64,000 nt of DNA from an uncultured delta proteobacterium (GTDB lineage Bacteria > Desulfobacterota > Binatia > UBA9968): positions 96,001 to 160,000 of the forward strand of contig CAVYTU010000012.1 of assembly GCA_963771465.1 (NCBI GenBank), read 5' to 3'. The notes beneath the pieces were generated by a model. It was not told where the DNA came from, searched no databases, and saw nothing but the letters and a program-made list of their open reading frames with translations. Positions 48,906-59,629 of the stretch are shown here, in pieces (position 1 is the stretch's first letter; each line of letters starts with the position of its first letter). Made by a program: the position numbers and the translations under genes.

Positions 48906-50921
48906 ATGACGATGCGAAAACGCCATGTTCTGATTGGGCTAGGCTCTGTTATTGGCATTGCCGCGATTGCCGTGGGGATATTCGTTGCAACGCTCGATCA
49001 GGACAAGGTGAAGAGATACATTTCGGCGGGAGTGAGCAAGGCTACAGGCCGGCAATTGAGCATCAACGGGGATCTAAAACTAGATCTTGGCTGGATCTCC
49101 CGAGTGACGGCGAACCAGATTCAATTCGCCAACGCCGAGTGGAGTAAACATGCGCAGATGGCCGAAATCGAAAACTTTGAGGTTCAGATAGACCTATGGC
49201 AGCTCCTCACTAAATTTCGCTTGGTACTGCCCACGCTCACCATCTCGCAACCGAAAATTGTCCTGGAAAAAAATGGCGCCGGCTTGGCAAACTGGGAGTT
49301 CCGCGCAGCGCCCACCGGGCCAGAGAAACGCACGGAATTTCCCGTCATCGAAAAACTGGTCATCAAGGATGGGATGATCTCGTTCGATAATCAAGAAACC
49401 AAGACCCAGATTGAATTGAAGGTGTCTGAGGCGGAAGGCGCAGGATTTTTGCAACAGCCGGTTAAGCTCAGGGCGGAAGGCACCTATCAAAAGCTGCCAC
49501 TTACCCTAGCCCTCGACGGAGGTTCGTACGAAAACCTAAGGAGTTCCAAGACGCCCTACCCGCTAAAGGTCAACCTTGGCGCCGGTAAGCTGAAAGCTAC
49601 AATCGACGGAAATCTAATCGAACCTTTGGAGATGAAAGGCGAAGACGTTTCACTTGACATTCAAGGCGACGACATGGCGAAACTCTATCCGCTCCTCCAT
49701 CTGGTGTTTCCAAAAACGCCGCCGTACCGTCTCAAGGGTCGTTTAAAACATGAGGGCGCCGTCTGGTCATTTTCGGAATTTTCCGGCCGTGTGGGCGGTA
49801 GCGACCTGTCGGGCAGTATCCGGGTGGATACGGCGCCGAAGCGCGCCTTTATGAAGGCGGATCTTGTTTCTAACTCGCTCGACTTCAACGATTTAGCCGG
49901 TTTTATCGGCGGCAACCCGGGATCAACTCCGGGTAAGGCAGCTTCAGAGGAGCAGAAAATACAAGCTGCCAAAGCAAAAACCAGTGATCGAATATTTCCT
50001 GATCAAACTTACGATCTTGAACGTTTGCGAGCCATGGACGCAGACGTTCGGTTGCGCGCCAAAAAAATTCTCGCGCCCAAGCTGCCCATCGACGACCTTA
50101 ACGCAACGTTAAAATTGAACGATGGAGTCTTGAGCTTTCAGCCGGCAACGTTCGGGGTCGCCAATGGCCGGGTGGAAATCTTCAGCACGTTCGACGGATC
50201 GAAACGCCCGTCGAAGGTGAAGATCGACGCTCGCCTCCGGCAACTGGATTTGAGGCGATTCCTCGCCGAGAGTTCGTTCGCGCAAAAGGCGCTTGGCCCG
50301 ATCGGCGGACGAGTCGTTCTTACGGGCACCGGCCAGTCGTTTCGCGAACTCATGGCAACCGCCACGGGCAACTCTTTCTTTGCGATGTCGGGGGGCCAGA
50401 TCAGCGAGTTACTTGTTGAGTTGGCCGGGCTCGACGTTGCTCACGCGCTGGGAGTGGTGGTCAGCGGCGACAAGCCCATCCCTATCCGCTGCGCTTTGTT
50501 GGATCTCAAAGGAGAGAATGGACAGATGTCGGTTCAAACCCTGGTTTTCGATACGTCTAATTCAATCATAACCGGCGAAGGCAATATCGATCTCCGAGAC
50601 GAGAAGGTCAATATCGTCATGATCCCAGCTCCGAAACGTTTCAGTCTACTCAGTCTGCGATCGTATATTCGCGTGGCGGGAGGTTTTAAGAATATCTCCG
50701 CCTTTCCAGATCCGATCAAAACCGGCACTGACTCGCTGGTCAAAAAGGTCTTCAATGTTTTGGCGTTGCTGGTTTCGAGTCCAATTCAACCGAGAGATTT
50801 CGGCCAGGGGAAGGACGCGGACTGCGATGCACTGGTCGCCAGCGTCCAGAACCAGGACCCACAAGGGATTGTCCTCAAAGACGTCCAAAAACCTGCCAAA
50901 CCGCCATCCTCCACCAAGTGA
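48906..50921 (+). CDS. AsmA family protein (YhjG-like)
   Basis: N-terminal anchor, KATGR, GRVGGSDLSG, RLRAMDADV, IRCA, LLSLRS. Confidence 0.88.
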   Translation: MTMRKRHVLIGLGSVIGIAAIAVGIFVATLDQDKVKRYISAGVSKATGRQLSINGDLKLDLGWISRVTANQIQFANAEWSKHAQMAEIENFEVQIDLWQLLTKFRLVLPTLTISQPKIVLEKNGAGLANWEFRAAPTGPEKRTEFPVIEKLVIKDGMISFDNQETKTQIELKVSEAEGAGFLQQPVKLRAEGTYQKLPLTLALDGGSYENLRSSKTPYPLKVNLGAGKLKATIDGNLIEPLEMKGEDVSLDIQGDDMAKLYPLLHLVFPKTPPYRLKGRLKHEGAVWSFSEFSGRVGGSDLSGSIRVDTAPKRAFMKADLVSNSLDFNDLAGFIGGNPGSTPGKAASEEQKIQAAKAKTSDRIFPDQTYDLERLRAMDADVRLRAKKILAPKLPIDDLNATLKLNDGVLSFQPATFGVANGRVEIFSTFDGSKRPSKVKIDARLRQLDLRRFLAESSFAQKALGPIGGRVVLTGTGQSFRELMATATGNSFFAMSGGQISELLVELAGLDVAHALGVVVSGDKPIPIRCALLDLKGENGQMSVQTLVFDTSNSIITGEGNIDLRDEKVNIVMIPAPKRFSLLSLRSYIRVAGGFKNISAFPDPIKTGTDSLVKKVFNVLALLVSSPIQPRDFGQGKDADCDALVASVQNQDPQGIVLKDVQKPAKPPSSTK

Positions 50922-51004
50922 GAGGGCTTTTTTAGGTCATTCTAAACGTTCACCGATTCGCAGCGGTCAATACTGGCGCGGTTACTCATGACAGCTTCTA
51001 TGGT

Positions 51005-51223
51005 TTATTCGACCGGAAACAGCTTCTTCCCCGTTCCCTCCTCTTCCAGCGCGATCGCCTTGGTCGGGCAGAGTTTGGCGGCGAAGAGAATTTTCTCATC
51101 GGTGTCGGCCTTCGCGTCGATCACTTCGGCGATCATCTTGGCGTCGAGCTTGAAGACGTTGGGCGAGACTTGGATGCATTTGGCGTAGCCCTCGCACTTG
51201 GTTCTGTCAATGGTGATTTTCAT
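51005..51223 (-). CDS. Ferredoxin (3Fe-4S type)
   Basis: CEGYAKC...CP..AI. Confidence 0.88.
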   Translation of the reverse strand: MKITIDRTKCEGYAKCIQVSPNVFKLDAKMIAEVIDAKADTDEKILFAAKLCPTKAIALEEEGTGKKLFPVE

Positions 51224-51246
51224 TATGTCTCCTACAGGCTATTCGC

Positions 51247-52443
51247 TCAGTCTCCCAACTGATACAGCTTCGCCGCATTGCCGCGATTGAGCTTGCGTTT
51301 GAGCTTGGGGTCGATGCCTTCGCAGTTTCGGTCGACGGTTTCTTTCGAACACGGCCAAGTGGTGACACCGTGCGGATAGTCGCTGGCCCAGAGGAAATTG
51401 TCCTCGCCGTAAACTGATGTCGTCAGCACGCCGGCGCGGTCGTCTTGATAGGTGAAGAAAATATTATCTTTAAAATATTCGCTGGGCGGACGTTTGTTGA
51501 CATTGCGTTCGGCGTCGAAGGTGCTTTCGCGGCTAAACCAGTAGTCGACTTGCTGCACCAAGTTGGCCACCCAGCCGACATCGAACTCAGCGCAAACCAG
51601 TTTCAGCTTGGGATGGCGGTCGAGGTTTCCTGACAGAATCATGTTGCCGAGAAATTGCTGCGCCGGGACTTGCCGGCGGGCAAAACCGATGGGCTCTTCT
51701 CTCGGGTCGGTTTCGCGCGGCCCTTCATAATGCGTGCGCGCGACGCCCTGAGTCACGCTGGTATGCACGTTGACGATCAAGCCGGTTTCCTCCAACGCCG
51801 CCCACATGGGTTCGTACTTGAGCTCGTAGTAGCCGCTGTCCTTGATGCGCGTGGGGATCTGCACGCCGCGAAAACCGAGCTTGGCGTAGTGATGAATATC
51901 GGCAACCGTATGCTCCATGTCGAGGATCGGTATCAACGCCAGACCGAGGAGCCGTTTCGGATTGGCGCTGCAGAAGTCGTATAGCCAGCCGTTGTACGAG
52001 TGAAAGATCGCGCGCTGATAGGGTTCATCGGTAATGCTGTAGAGTTGGCGCACGGCGCTGGAGAAAAGCACTTCGGCTCCGACTCCATCGATGTCTTGGT
52101 CCTTCAGACGCGCAGAGGGTTCCCAGCCGCCCGGATAGTCTTCGTAACGAAAGGTCTCGTTGAAGCTGATCGTCTTAAAATGTTTTTCCTGGTCGACCGC
52201 GGAGATGCCTTGAGTTTTGTCAACCACCAAGCCTTTCGAGTAGTGCGATAAGCCAACCGGAGGTTGGCCGTCGATAAGCAGCCAAATGCCTTTGGGCACG
52301 CCGGGCGGATCTTTGACGACCTTCGGCGCGCGCTCGCCGTATTGCTTCTGCACGCGCTCCCAGGCGGCGGGTGGCTCGTTGACGTGACTATCGGCAGAGA
52401 TGAGCTTGAAATCCGGCATGATGATCTCCTTGATTGTTGCCAA
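51247..52443 (-). CDS. Amidohydrolase_2 family protein
   Basis: ISADSHV, DGV, VH, WASDYPH; start may be ATG 52419. Confidence 0.9.
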   Translation of the reverse strand: MATIKEIIMPDFKLISADSHVNEPPAAWERVQKQYGERAPKVVKDPPGVPKGIWLLIDGQPPVGLSHYSKGLVVDKTQGISAVDQEKHFKTISFNETFRYEDYPGGWEPSARLKDQDIDGVGAEVLFSSAVRQLYSITDEPYQRAIFHSYNGWLYDFCSANPKRLLGLALIPILDMEHTVADIHHYAKLGFRGVQIPTRIKDSGYYELKYEPMWAALEETGLIVNVHTSVTQGVARTHYEGPRETDPREEPIGFARRQVPAQQFLGNMILSGNLDRHPKLKLVCAEFDVGWVANLVQQVDYWFSRESTFDAERNVNKRPPSEYFKDNIFFTYQDDRAGVLTTSVYGEDNFLWASDYPHGVTTWPCSKETVDRNCEGIDPKLKRKLNRGNAAKLYQLGD

Positions 52444-52570
52444 TTGATTTTATTCCTAGACGATAGTCAAGCGAGCGAGGGATTGTCAAGTTTCGCGTGC
52501 TATATTGACAATCCGGCGCCAACTAGAGATATGTTCTATTGCTTTAATCTAACTTAAGAAAGAATAATTT

Positions 52571-53623
52571 ATGAATCGTATCCTCCGTTCTTTTACCCTC
52601 ACGGTTGCACTCATCATTGGGTCTTTTATTTCGTTGTCGACGAGTACGATGGATTCGGCGCGCGCGGCAGCCGCGGAGCGCGACAAACTTCTAGAAGGAG
52701 CGAAAAAAGAGGGGAGGCTGACTCTGTATACCGGGATGGAGACCGAAGAAGCCAGCATTTTCACTAAAGAGTTCACCAAGAAATATCCGTTCATTAAAGT
52801 CGACGTGTTCCGCTCCGCCGGCGAAAAAGTGCAGGCGCGATTTGTCGTCGAGCACCGCGCCAACACGCACTTGGCCGATGTCTTCCAAACCAGCATCGTT
52901 CAGGTCTATCAACTGAAGAATCTCGGCATGCTGGCTCGATATGTTTCGGAAGAAGCGCCGGCATACGCCGAGGGGTTCAAAGATCCGCAGGGATACTGGA
53001 CAACCTTTTACCAGATTCCCTATGTGATCGGTTACAACACCCGCCAAGTTGCGGCTAAAGACGTTCCCGGAGGGTATGAGGATTTGCTCAATCCGAAATG
53101 GAAAGGACTGATCAGTTTAGAGACCGAAGAGTATCAGTGGTTCTACCAAGTGCTGCAAATCATGGGACGTGATAAGGGGCTCGAATTCATGAAACGGTTC
53201 GCCGCGCAGAATTTGCAAATGCGCAAAGGCCACACTCTGCTGGCGCAATTGGTCGCAGCGGGCGAATCGGCAATCGCCACGGTGGTGTATTCCAATCGCG
53301 TCGAACGGATGAAGGCGACCGGTGCGCCCATCGATTGGGTGCGATCGAAAGGGCCGACCATTACCGTGATCAACGCGATATCGATTCCTGACAAGGCGCC
53401 GCACCCCAACGTGGCGCGATTGTTTGTCGACTTCGCCTTGTCAAAGGAAGGCCAGGGATTGCTGCGGGCGCAGCGCCGCGTTCCAGGCCGCGCTGACGTC
53501 CCGCCGGACCCGCCGAGCCTGACACAGGGATTGAAACTTTACCCGGCGCGACCCGAAGGCATGATTGAAAACTATACTGACACGGTGGCGCGCTTCGATG
53601 AGATTTTTAATAAGGGAAAGTAA
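52571..53623 (+). CDS. Extracellular solute-binding protein (Fe3+/AfuA-like)
   Basis: AKKEG, YNT, LLNPKWKG, APHPN, LSKEGQ. Confidence 0.88.
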   Translation: MNRILRSFTLTVALIIGSFISLSTSTMDSARAAAAERDKLLEGAKKEGRLTLYTGMETEEASIFTKEFTKKYPFIKVDVFRSAGEKVQARFVVEHRANTHLADVFQTSIVQVYQLKNLGMLARYVSEEAPAYAEGFKDPQGYWTTFYQIPYVIGYNTRQVAAKDVPGGYEDLLNPKWKGLISLETEEYQWFYQVLQIMGRDKGLEFMKRFAAQNLQMRKGHTLLAQLVAAGESAIATVVYSNRVERMKATGAPIDWVRSKGPTITVINAISIPDKAPHPNVARLFVDFALSKEGQGLLRAQRRVPGRADVPPDPPSLTQGLKLYPARPEGMIENYTDTVARFDEIFNKGK

Positions 53624-53689
53624 TCTAAAAGCTGCTTTGCCCGCAGCCCGAAAGACTTCTTTGCATTCTCGTCAAGTGGAGGAACTTTT

Positions 53690-54547
53690 ATGATTCACAG
53701 TCGAACGGCTGCCTATTGGGCGGTTATCGCTGCTCTACTCGTTTCTGCGGGATCACAAGTGTGGTCAGGCGAAGGAACAACAAAAAGTGTGATTCTCTCC
53801 ACGACTACGAGTACGCAAGACACTGGTCTGCTCGATGTTTTGATACCGCGCTTCGAACAGCAAGCCGGTTACTCCGTGAAGGTGATTTCGGTCGGCACCG
53901 GGCAAGCGCTAGCCTTAGCAGCCAAAGGCGACGCCGACGTAGCGCTGGTTCATGCCCCGAGCCTGGAAAAGCAGTATGTCGCAGACGGCAAGCTTTTGAA
54001 TCGCCGGCTGGTCATGTACAACGACTTTGTCATAGTCGGCCCCAAGGAAGACCCAGCAAAAATTCGATCAACCAAGAGCGCTTTGACGGCCATGCGGTTG
54101 ATCGCGCAATCCAAATCTCGCTTCGTCTCGCGCGGAGATAATTCCGGAACGCACACTTTGGAAAAATCGCTCTGGAAAGAAGCATCGATTGCGCCCAACG
54201 GCGACTGGTATATCGAAGCAGGTCTCGGCATGGCTGCGACGCTTGGCGTCGCCAATGAACGGAACGCTTACACGATTACCGACCGCGGCACTTATCTGGC
54301 GCTGGGCAAACGGCTGATGCTGCCAATCCTGATCGCCGGCGACAAAGTATTGCTTAACATCTATTCCGTGCTGGAAGTGAATCCAGCAAACGGACCGCGA
54401 ATCAATGCTGCCGGGGGCAAAGCCTTGGCTGATTTCATGGTAGCGCCGGCAACGCAATCCTTTATCCGGAGTTTTGGCATAGAAAAATTCGGCGAGCCGC
54501 TATTTGTGCCCGTCGCCGGCAAGCGCGAGGAAGAGCTGGGAGTTTAG
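53690..54547 (+). CDS. tupA: Tungstate ABC transporter substrate-binding protein
   Basis: TTTS signature, GTGQAL, SRGDNSGTH, DRGT. Confidence 0.93.
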   Translation: MIHSRTAAYWAVIAALLVSAGSQVWSGEGTTKSVILSTTTSTQDTGLLDVLIPRFEQQAGYSVKVISVGTGQALALAAKGDADVALVHAPSLEKQYVADGKLLNRRLVMYNDFVIVGPKEDPAKIRSTKSALTAMRLIAQSKSRFVSRGDNSGTHTLEKSLWKEASIAPNGDWYIEAGLGMAATLGVANERNAYTITDRGTYLALGKRLMLPILIAGDKVLLNIYSVLEVNPANGPRINAAGGKALADFMVAPATQSFIRSFGIEKFGEPLFVPVAGKREEELGV

Positions 54548-54549
54548 CC

Positions 54550-55263
54550 GTGGAGCTGGTTTGGCAGGGCGTCGTAAAAGCGATCGAGCTGCTATTCGGC
54601 GGCGACAGAGAAATTTGGGCCATAACTTGGCTGTCGATTAAAATCTCCGGCAGCGCCACACTGATCTCACTGATATTCGGCATACCGCTTGGTATCGTGC
54701 TTGCGCTGACCCGCTTTCCCGGTCGCGCTTTCGTGGCTGCGCTGCTCAATACCGGCATGGGACTGCCACCGGTCGTCGTCGGTCTTTTTATTTCAGTTGC
54801 GCTCTGGCGCAGTGGGCCGCTCGGTTTTTTCGATCTCATCTACACCCCGAGTGCGATGATTGTCGCTCAGGTCGTCATCGCCTTGCCGATCGTCGCCGGA
54901 TTGACGATGGCAAGTTTTCAAAGTCTCGATCCCAATCTGGCGCTTCAGTTGCTTGGCGTCGGCGCTTCGAAGGTTCAAACCCTGTGGCTTCTGTGCAACG
55001 AAGCCCGCTTGCCGCTTCTGGCGGCGGTCATGGCGGGTTTCGGTGGTGTGATTTCCGAGGTCGGCGCTTCCATGATGGTCGGCGGCAATATTCGCGGACA
55101 GACTCGCGTATTGACGACGGCGACCGTTTTGGAAACCGGCAAAGGTAACTTCGATGTCGCGATCGCGTTGGGACTGATTCTTCTCGCGCTGTGCTTTGCC
55201 TTCAACCTATTCCTCACCCGTATTCAGCAACGAGGCCAAATGAAATGGCCGAGGCTCTCCTAG
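54550..55263 (+). CDS. tupB: Tungstate ABC transporter permease
   Basis: MGLPPVVVGL, SEVGA..VGGNI..TRVLTT. Confidence 0.93.
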   Translation: MELVWQGVVKAIELLFGGDREIWAITWLSIKISGSATLISLIFGIPLGIVLALTRFPGRAFVAALLNTGMGLPPVVVGLFISVALWRSGPLGFFDLIYTPSAMIVAQVVIALPIVAGLTMASFQSLDPNLALQLLGVGASKVQTLWLLCNEARLPLLAAVMAGFGGVISEVGASMMVGGNIRGQTRVLTTATVLETGKGNFDVAIALGLILLALCFAFNLFLTRIQQRGQMKWPRLS

Positions 55264-56327
55264 CTTTACGCGACATCGCCGTCCGGCACGGAGCCAGCAC
55301 CGTTCTCGAGCTTCGGTGTTTGGAAGTCCACGCCGGAGAAATCGTCGTCGTAATCGGTCCCAACGGCGCAGGCAAGTCCACGCTCCTGCGAGTGATGGGG
55401 TTGCTGCAACGGCCCACGCTTGGGGAAGTTTACTTTCACGGCGAGCTGGCGAAGACGAATAACGCGCTCGACATGCGCCGCCGCATTGCGAGCGTGTTTC
55501 AGACGCCTCTATTATTGAACTCGACGGTCTATGCTAATGCCGCTCTCGGATTGAAACTGCGCGGATTTGGCCGTGATCAAATCGACAAGAGACTGAGCCC
55601 CTGGCTCGAACGATTCGGCATTGGCCATCTAAGCTCGCGCCATGTGCGCACACTTTCGGGCGGCGAGGCGCAACGGACCAGCCTGGCGCGCGGGCTTGCC
55701 TTGGACCCCGATCTGCTCCTTCTGGACGAGCCGTTTTCCGCGTTGGATGCTTTAACGCGCGAAACTCTTCTTTTCGACTTGCAAGAAATCTTGGCAGAGA
55801 CCCGGATTACGACCGTCATGGTTACCCACGACTTGCGCGAGGCGGCGGCGTTGGGGGGGCGGATCGGTGTACTGAGCCAGGGCAAATTGCTTCAATTGGC
55901 AACGGCGCGAGATATTTTTAATCATCCGGTGAGCGAAGTGGTCGCGAGCATCGTCGGAATGGAAACTCGAATACCGGCGATTGTTTTGGAATCGGCGGCC
56001 GGGATGACGACAATGCGCTTTGACGGTGGAACAGCGCAAGTGAGAGCTGACTTTCCGATCGGAACGCGCGTAGTTCTCTGCGTTCGTCCGGAGGACATTG
56101 ACATTGATCATCGGCGTGAGCCGCAATCCTGTCCAAGAGAGTCGGTATATTTCAAAGCCAGAGTGCAAAGAGTCGCGCCATCAACGACACACTATCGAGT
56201 CACGCTTCAAGCCGATTGCGGCCCGGTGATTGCGCTGATGAGTAAGTCCAGATTTACCGAACTGAATGTACGAGAAGGCGACAACATTCTCGCGTCATTT
56301 AGTTCCGCGGCAATCCACGTAATCTGA
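55245..56327 (+). CDS. tupC: Tungstate ABC transporter ATPase with TOBE domains
   Basis: GPNGAGKS, LSGGE, LLLDEP. Confidence 0.9.
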   Translation: MAEALLALRDIAVRHGASTVLELRCLEVHAGEIVVVIGPNGAGKSTLLRVMGLLQRPTLGEVYFHGELAKTNNALDMRRRIASVFQTPLLLNSTVYANAALGLKLRGFGRDQIDKRLSPWLERFGIGHLSSRHVRTLSGGEAQRTSLARGLALDPDLLLLDEPFSALDALTRETLLFDLQEILAETRITTVMVTHDLREAAALGGRIGVLSQGKLLQLATARDIFNHPVSEVVASIVGMETRIPAIVLESAAGMTTMRFDGGTAQVRADFPIGTRVVLCVRPEDIDIDHRREPQSCPRESVYFKARVQRVAPSTTHYRVTLQADCGPVIALMSKSRFTELNVREGDNILASFSSAAIHVI

Positions 56328-56419
56328 AAATCGGCTCGCTCTTTGTCGATTTGCCTCGAGCTTTTGTGGTTTCGCTCTTTCCCGTAGTGAATCAGCGGTT
56401 GTTCTCGCGCCAAGATCTT

Positions 56420-57445
56420 CTACTTCAAAATCTCTTTTAACCGAGCGACGAGAGCCGGCTCGAGCTTTAGAATTTCTTTGACGTTTTGTTCCAAGGTCGC
56501 GCCGTCGTCCGGGTTGATGTCGAGGTTGGCGCGTTTGGCGTCGGCTAAGAAGTCCGGATCTTTCATCGTGTCCATGAAGGCCTTGCGCAGGATCTCTACG
56601 CGATCTTTGGGCGTGTTGGGTGGCAACACATAGGGCCGCACCGTCGGACCGTGAACGCGAGCCACCGTCGAAATCAACCGCTTCGCTTCATCCGTCTTGG
56701 CGTAGTTGAGCGCCATGGCGAGTTTGGGAAATTCAGGATGGGGTTTGAGCGTTGCCTGGATCACCGGCTTGAACTCGCCGCTGTCCAATTCTTTTCTCCA
56801 GGTGGATTTGGTCGACTCCCAGGAATTGCTGATGCCCATGACTTCGCCGCTGTTGAATGCTAACCGCACGTCCGCCGTGCCTTTATAACCGGAAACCAAC
56901 TGCAGTGGCAGACCGATGGTGGCTTTCAAGATGTTGGGAAAATCGTCCGAACCGGAACCCGAGGCGACGCCGCCGAACTTGATCGTTTGCTTTGAGGCGA
57001 GCCAGGAGTCGAGATCGTTGATGCCGGTGGATTTGTGCAGGCCGAGGATGAAATTATCCTGAGCCGGCACGCCGACGAATTGAAATCGATTGGCGTCGAA
57101 CTCGATGCCGGGTTTGCCGAGCAGTTGTTGCAAGAACAAGCCGCCGATGAAATGGCCGACAGTGAGACCGTCGGGCCGGGCGACTTTGTAAGTGTGGTTG
57201 GCGGAAATCATGCTTCCCGCGCCCGGCATGTTCTCAACGGCGAGTACGGGATTGCCGGGAATGTGTTTTCCCATGTGCCGACTTAGAGTTCGCGTGTAAG
57301 CGTCGTAGCCGCCGCCTGGAGTAAAACCGACGATGAAACGGATGGTTTTACCTTCGTAGAATTTCGCCTGGGCGAAGGCGTGTTTCTCAACGCCAGGCAC
57401 GAAATTCAGCCATAGCATGACGGCGCAGATCACAATATTCCTCAT
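56420..57445 (-). CDS. TctC/Bug tripartite tricarboxylate transporter substrate-binding protein
   Basis: FYEGKTI, PGGGYD, NMPGAG, PDGLT, GYKG. Confidence 0.9.
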   Translation of the reverse strand: MRNIVICAVMLWLNFVPGVEKHAFAQAKFYEGKTIRFIVGFTPGGGYDAYTRTLSRHMGKHIPGNPVLAVENMPGAGSMISANHTYKVARPDGLTVGHFIGGLFLQQLLGKPGIEFDANRFQFVGVPAQDNFILGLHKSTGINDLDSWLASKQTIKFGGVASGSGSDDFPNILKATIGLPLQLVSGYKGTADVRLAFNSGEVMGISNSWESTKSTWRKELDSGEFKPVIQATLKPHPEFPKLAMALNYAKTDEAKRLISTVARVHGPTVRPYVLPPNTPKDRVEILRKAFMDTMKDPDFLADAKRANLDINPDDGATLEQNVKEILKLEPALVARLKEILK

Positions 57446-57484
57446 GGCGCAGACCTTTCCTAGGTGTGTTGACGATAAAAAAAG

Positions 57485-58522
57485 CTAACTTGGATTCAAA
57501 ATACTCTTGAGTTTTGTCGCCAGTGTCGGGTCGAGCTTAAAAATTCCGGCGACGAGCTTTGCCATTTCCTGGCCGGTGATCGGTTCGATGTCGAGGTTGG
57601 CTTTCTTGGCGTCGGCGAGGAATTCCGCGTCCTTCATCGTCGCGTCGAATGCTTGGCGCAAGATATCCACGCGTGCTTTGGGCGTGCCCGGCGGGGCAAC
57701 GTAGGGACGATAAAAATCGGCGGGATCTTGGACGCCGGCTTTGAGCAGCTGGCGCGCTTCCTCGGTCTTGGCCAGGCTTTGCGCGAGCGGGACGTTGGCT
57801 AGGTCGGGATGGGGTTTCGACAGCGCTTGGAGCACGACGATGGCTTCGCCAGATTGAATCGCTTTGCTCCACGTCGAGCGAATCGAATCCCACGTCCAGC
57901 AGCCGCCGGCGAGCTCGCCGCTTTCCGCCGCCAGGCGAATCTCCGATGTGCCCTTGTAACCGCTCACCAGTTGGATCGGCAGCGCCGTGGTAGTGGCGAG
58001 CATGCGCGCCATGTCATCGGGAGCACCGCCACCGATGCCGCCGATTTTTACCGGCGTCTTCGCGGCCAGCCATCTTTCCACACTGGTGATGCCGCTCGCT
58101 TTGGTAAAGGCGCAGACGCGGCTTTCTTTGATCGGCGAGCCGATGAATTCGAATTTGAGCGCGTCGAACTCGATGCCCGGCCGTTTGAACAGTTGATAGA
58201 GAAACCAGCCGCCGTGGAAGTGGCCAAGGGTCAAACCATCTGGCTTGGCCACTTTGTACATATGGTTGGCGCCGATCAAATGGCCGGCGCCGGGCATGTT
58301 GTCGACGACGATCGCCGGTTGACCGGGAATATGCCGGCCAAGATGGCGTCCAATCGTACGCGTGTAAGTGTCGAAACCGCCGCCGGCTGAGGTGCCGACG
58401 ATGATACGCAGCGTTTTGCCTTTGTAGAAAGATTCCTGCGCGCGCGTTAAATCAGGCGAGACCAAGATCAAGCTTAACAAGATCGAGTGGAAATAAACGC
58501 TTCGCTTCTGCATGGAGAGCAT
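57485..58522 (-). CDS. TctC/Bug tripartite tricarboxylate transporter substrate-binding protein
   Basis: FYKGKTL, AGGGFD, NMPGAG, PDGLT; tandem paralog of the previous gene. Confidence 0.9.
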   Translation of the reverse strand: MLSMQKRSVYFHSILLSLILVSPDLTRAQESFYKGKTLRIIVGTSAGGGFDTYTRTIGRHLGRHIPGQPAIVVDNMPGAGHLIGANHMYKVAKPDGLTLGHFHGGWFLYQLFKRPGIEFDALKFEFIGSPIKESRVCAFTKASGITSVERWLAAKTPVKIGGIGGGAPDDMARMLATTTALPIQLVSGYKGTSEIRLAAESGELAGGCWTWDSIRSTWSKAIQSGEAIVVLQALSKPHPDLANVPLAQSLAKTEEARQLLKAGVQDPADFYRPYVAPPGTPKARVDILRQAFDATMKDAEFLADAKKANLDIEPITGQEMAKLVAGIFKLDPTLATKLKSILNPS

Positions 58523-58677
58523 GCGCCCTTTCGTTCGAGAGCTGGGCGAATGTAGGAAAAAGGCCCGTGAGTGTCAAGATTGTTTCATCAGTTTGACACC
58601 CCGGCGCTAGGGCTGTAAATTTTCCCGAAGCGGTTGAGTTTCAAAGCAGCGAGCATCTCGAATTTCTGGAGACGACG

Positions 58678-59529
58678 ATGATCACTACGACTGGGTTGGC
58701 GGCGACGCATATGGAGTGCCGCGATTTGCGGGAATCGTTGGCGGTGATGACTGAACTTTTGGCGTTCGAAAAAATTTCTGAGAAATCCGGCGAAGCGACG
58801 CTGAAGCATCCTAACACTCATTGGCTGTTGGTGTTGCACGAAGCGGGATCGGACGCGCCGGCCAAACCGATGCACAATCACTGGGGCGTGCGGGTGGTGA
58901 GTCCCGAGGAAGTTGACCGCGCTTACGACTATTTGGTCGCGCACAAGTCACAGTACAAGCTCGGCGCCATCGGCAAACCGACCTGGAGCCACGGCTCGTA
59001 CTCTTGCTACTTCGTCGAACCCGGCACAAACGGCTGGGAGATCGAGTGCTATGAAGCATTTAACCGCAAGCAGGCGACGGCGGAGCGCTTCGGCGCGGTG
59101 AAGACTGCGCATTGGAATGAGTTGTTACCCGAAGCGCGCTTCCCCGGACGCGGCTATGTGCCGCAGGGATTTACCCACGGGACTTTGGTTTCGAGCGATT
59201 TAGAGGCGAGCAAGAATTTTTACACGAAAGTGCTGAACTTGGATGTCCATCGCTTTAACGAAAATGTTATCTACATCAAGCATCCCGGCACCAAGACGTT
59301 CGTCGTTTGCGCGCTGCGCGAAAACGCCCCGGTGTTCTCGGTAAACTTTCGCAACACATTGACGGTGGCATCGAAGGACGCAGTGAAAGACGCTTATCGA
59401 GAATTCTCCCAATCGGGAAAGACTTTGGGTGTGAGTGAATTGTTTGAGCTTAAAGAAGCGGACGATTCTGCGGCGTTTTGTTTTCGCGATCCAGGGACCA
59501 ATTGCTGGGAAATTGCGGCAGCGAATTGA
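58678..59529 (+). CDS. Two-domain VOC (glyoxalase-like) protein
   Basis: EPGTNGWE and DPGTNCWE repeats, HWG, HGTL. Confidence 0.85.
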   Translation: MITTTGLAATHMECRDLRESLAVMTELLAFEKISEKSGEATLKHPNTHWLLVLHEAGSDAPAKPMHNHWGVRVVSPEEVDRAYDYLVAHKSQYKLGAIGKPTWSHGSYSCYFVEPGTNGWEIECYEAFNRKQATAERFGAVKTAHWNELLPEARFPGRGYVPQGFTHGTLVSSDLEASKNFYTKVLNLDVHRFNENVIYIKHPGTKTFVVCALRENAPVFSVNFRNTLTVASKDAVKDAYREFSQSGKTLGVSELFELKEADDSAAFCFRDPGTNCWEIAAAN

Positions 59530-59558
59530 AGCGGTTTTGCGAGTTGTGCGCCGTCCCA

Positions 59559-59585
59559 ACTCTCCCTCGTCCAGAGGGCGAGAGT
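59559..59585. repeat. Small REP-like hairpin
   Basis: ACTCTCCCTC GTCCA GAGGGCGAGAGT. Confidence 0.4.
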
Positions 59586-59629
59586 CGCAATCAGTCGAGG
59601 TATTAGCATAACAGAGAATTGAGATATTT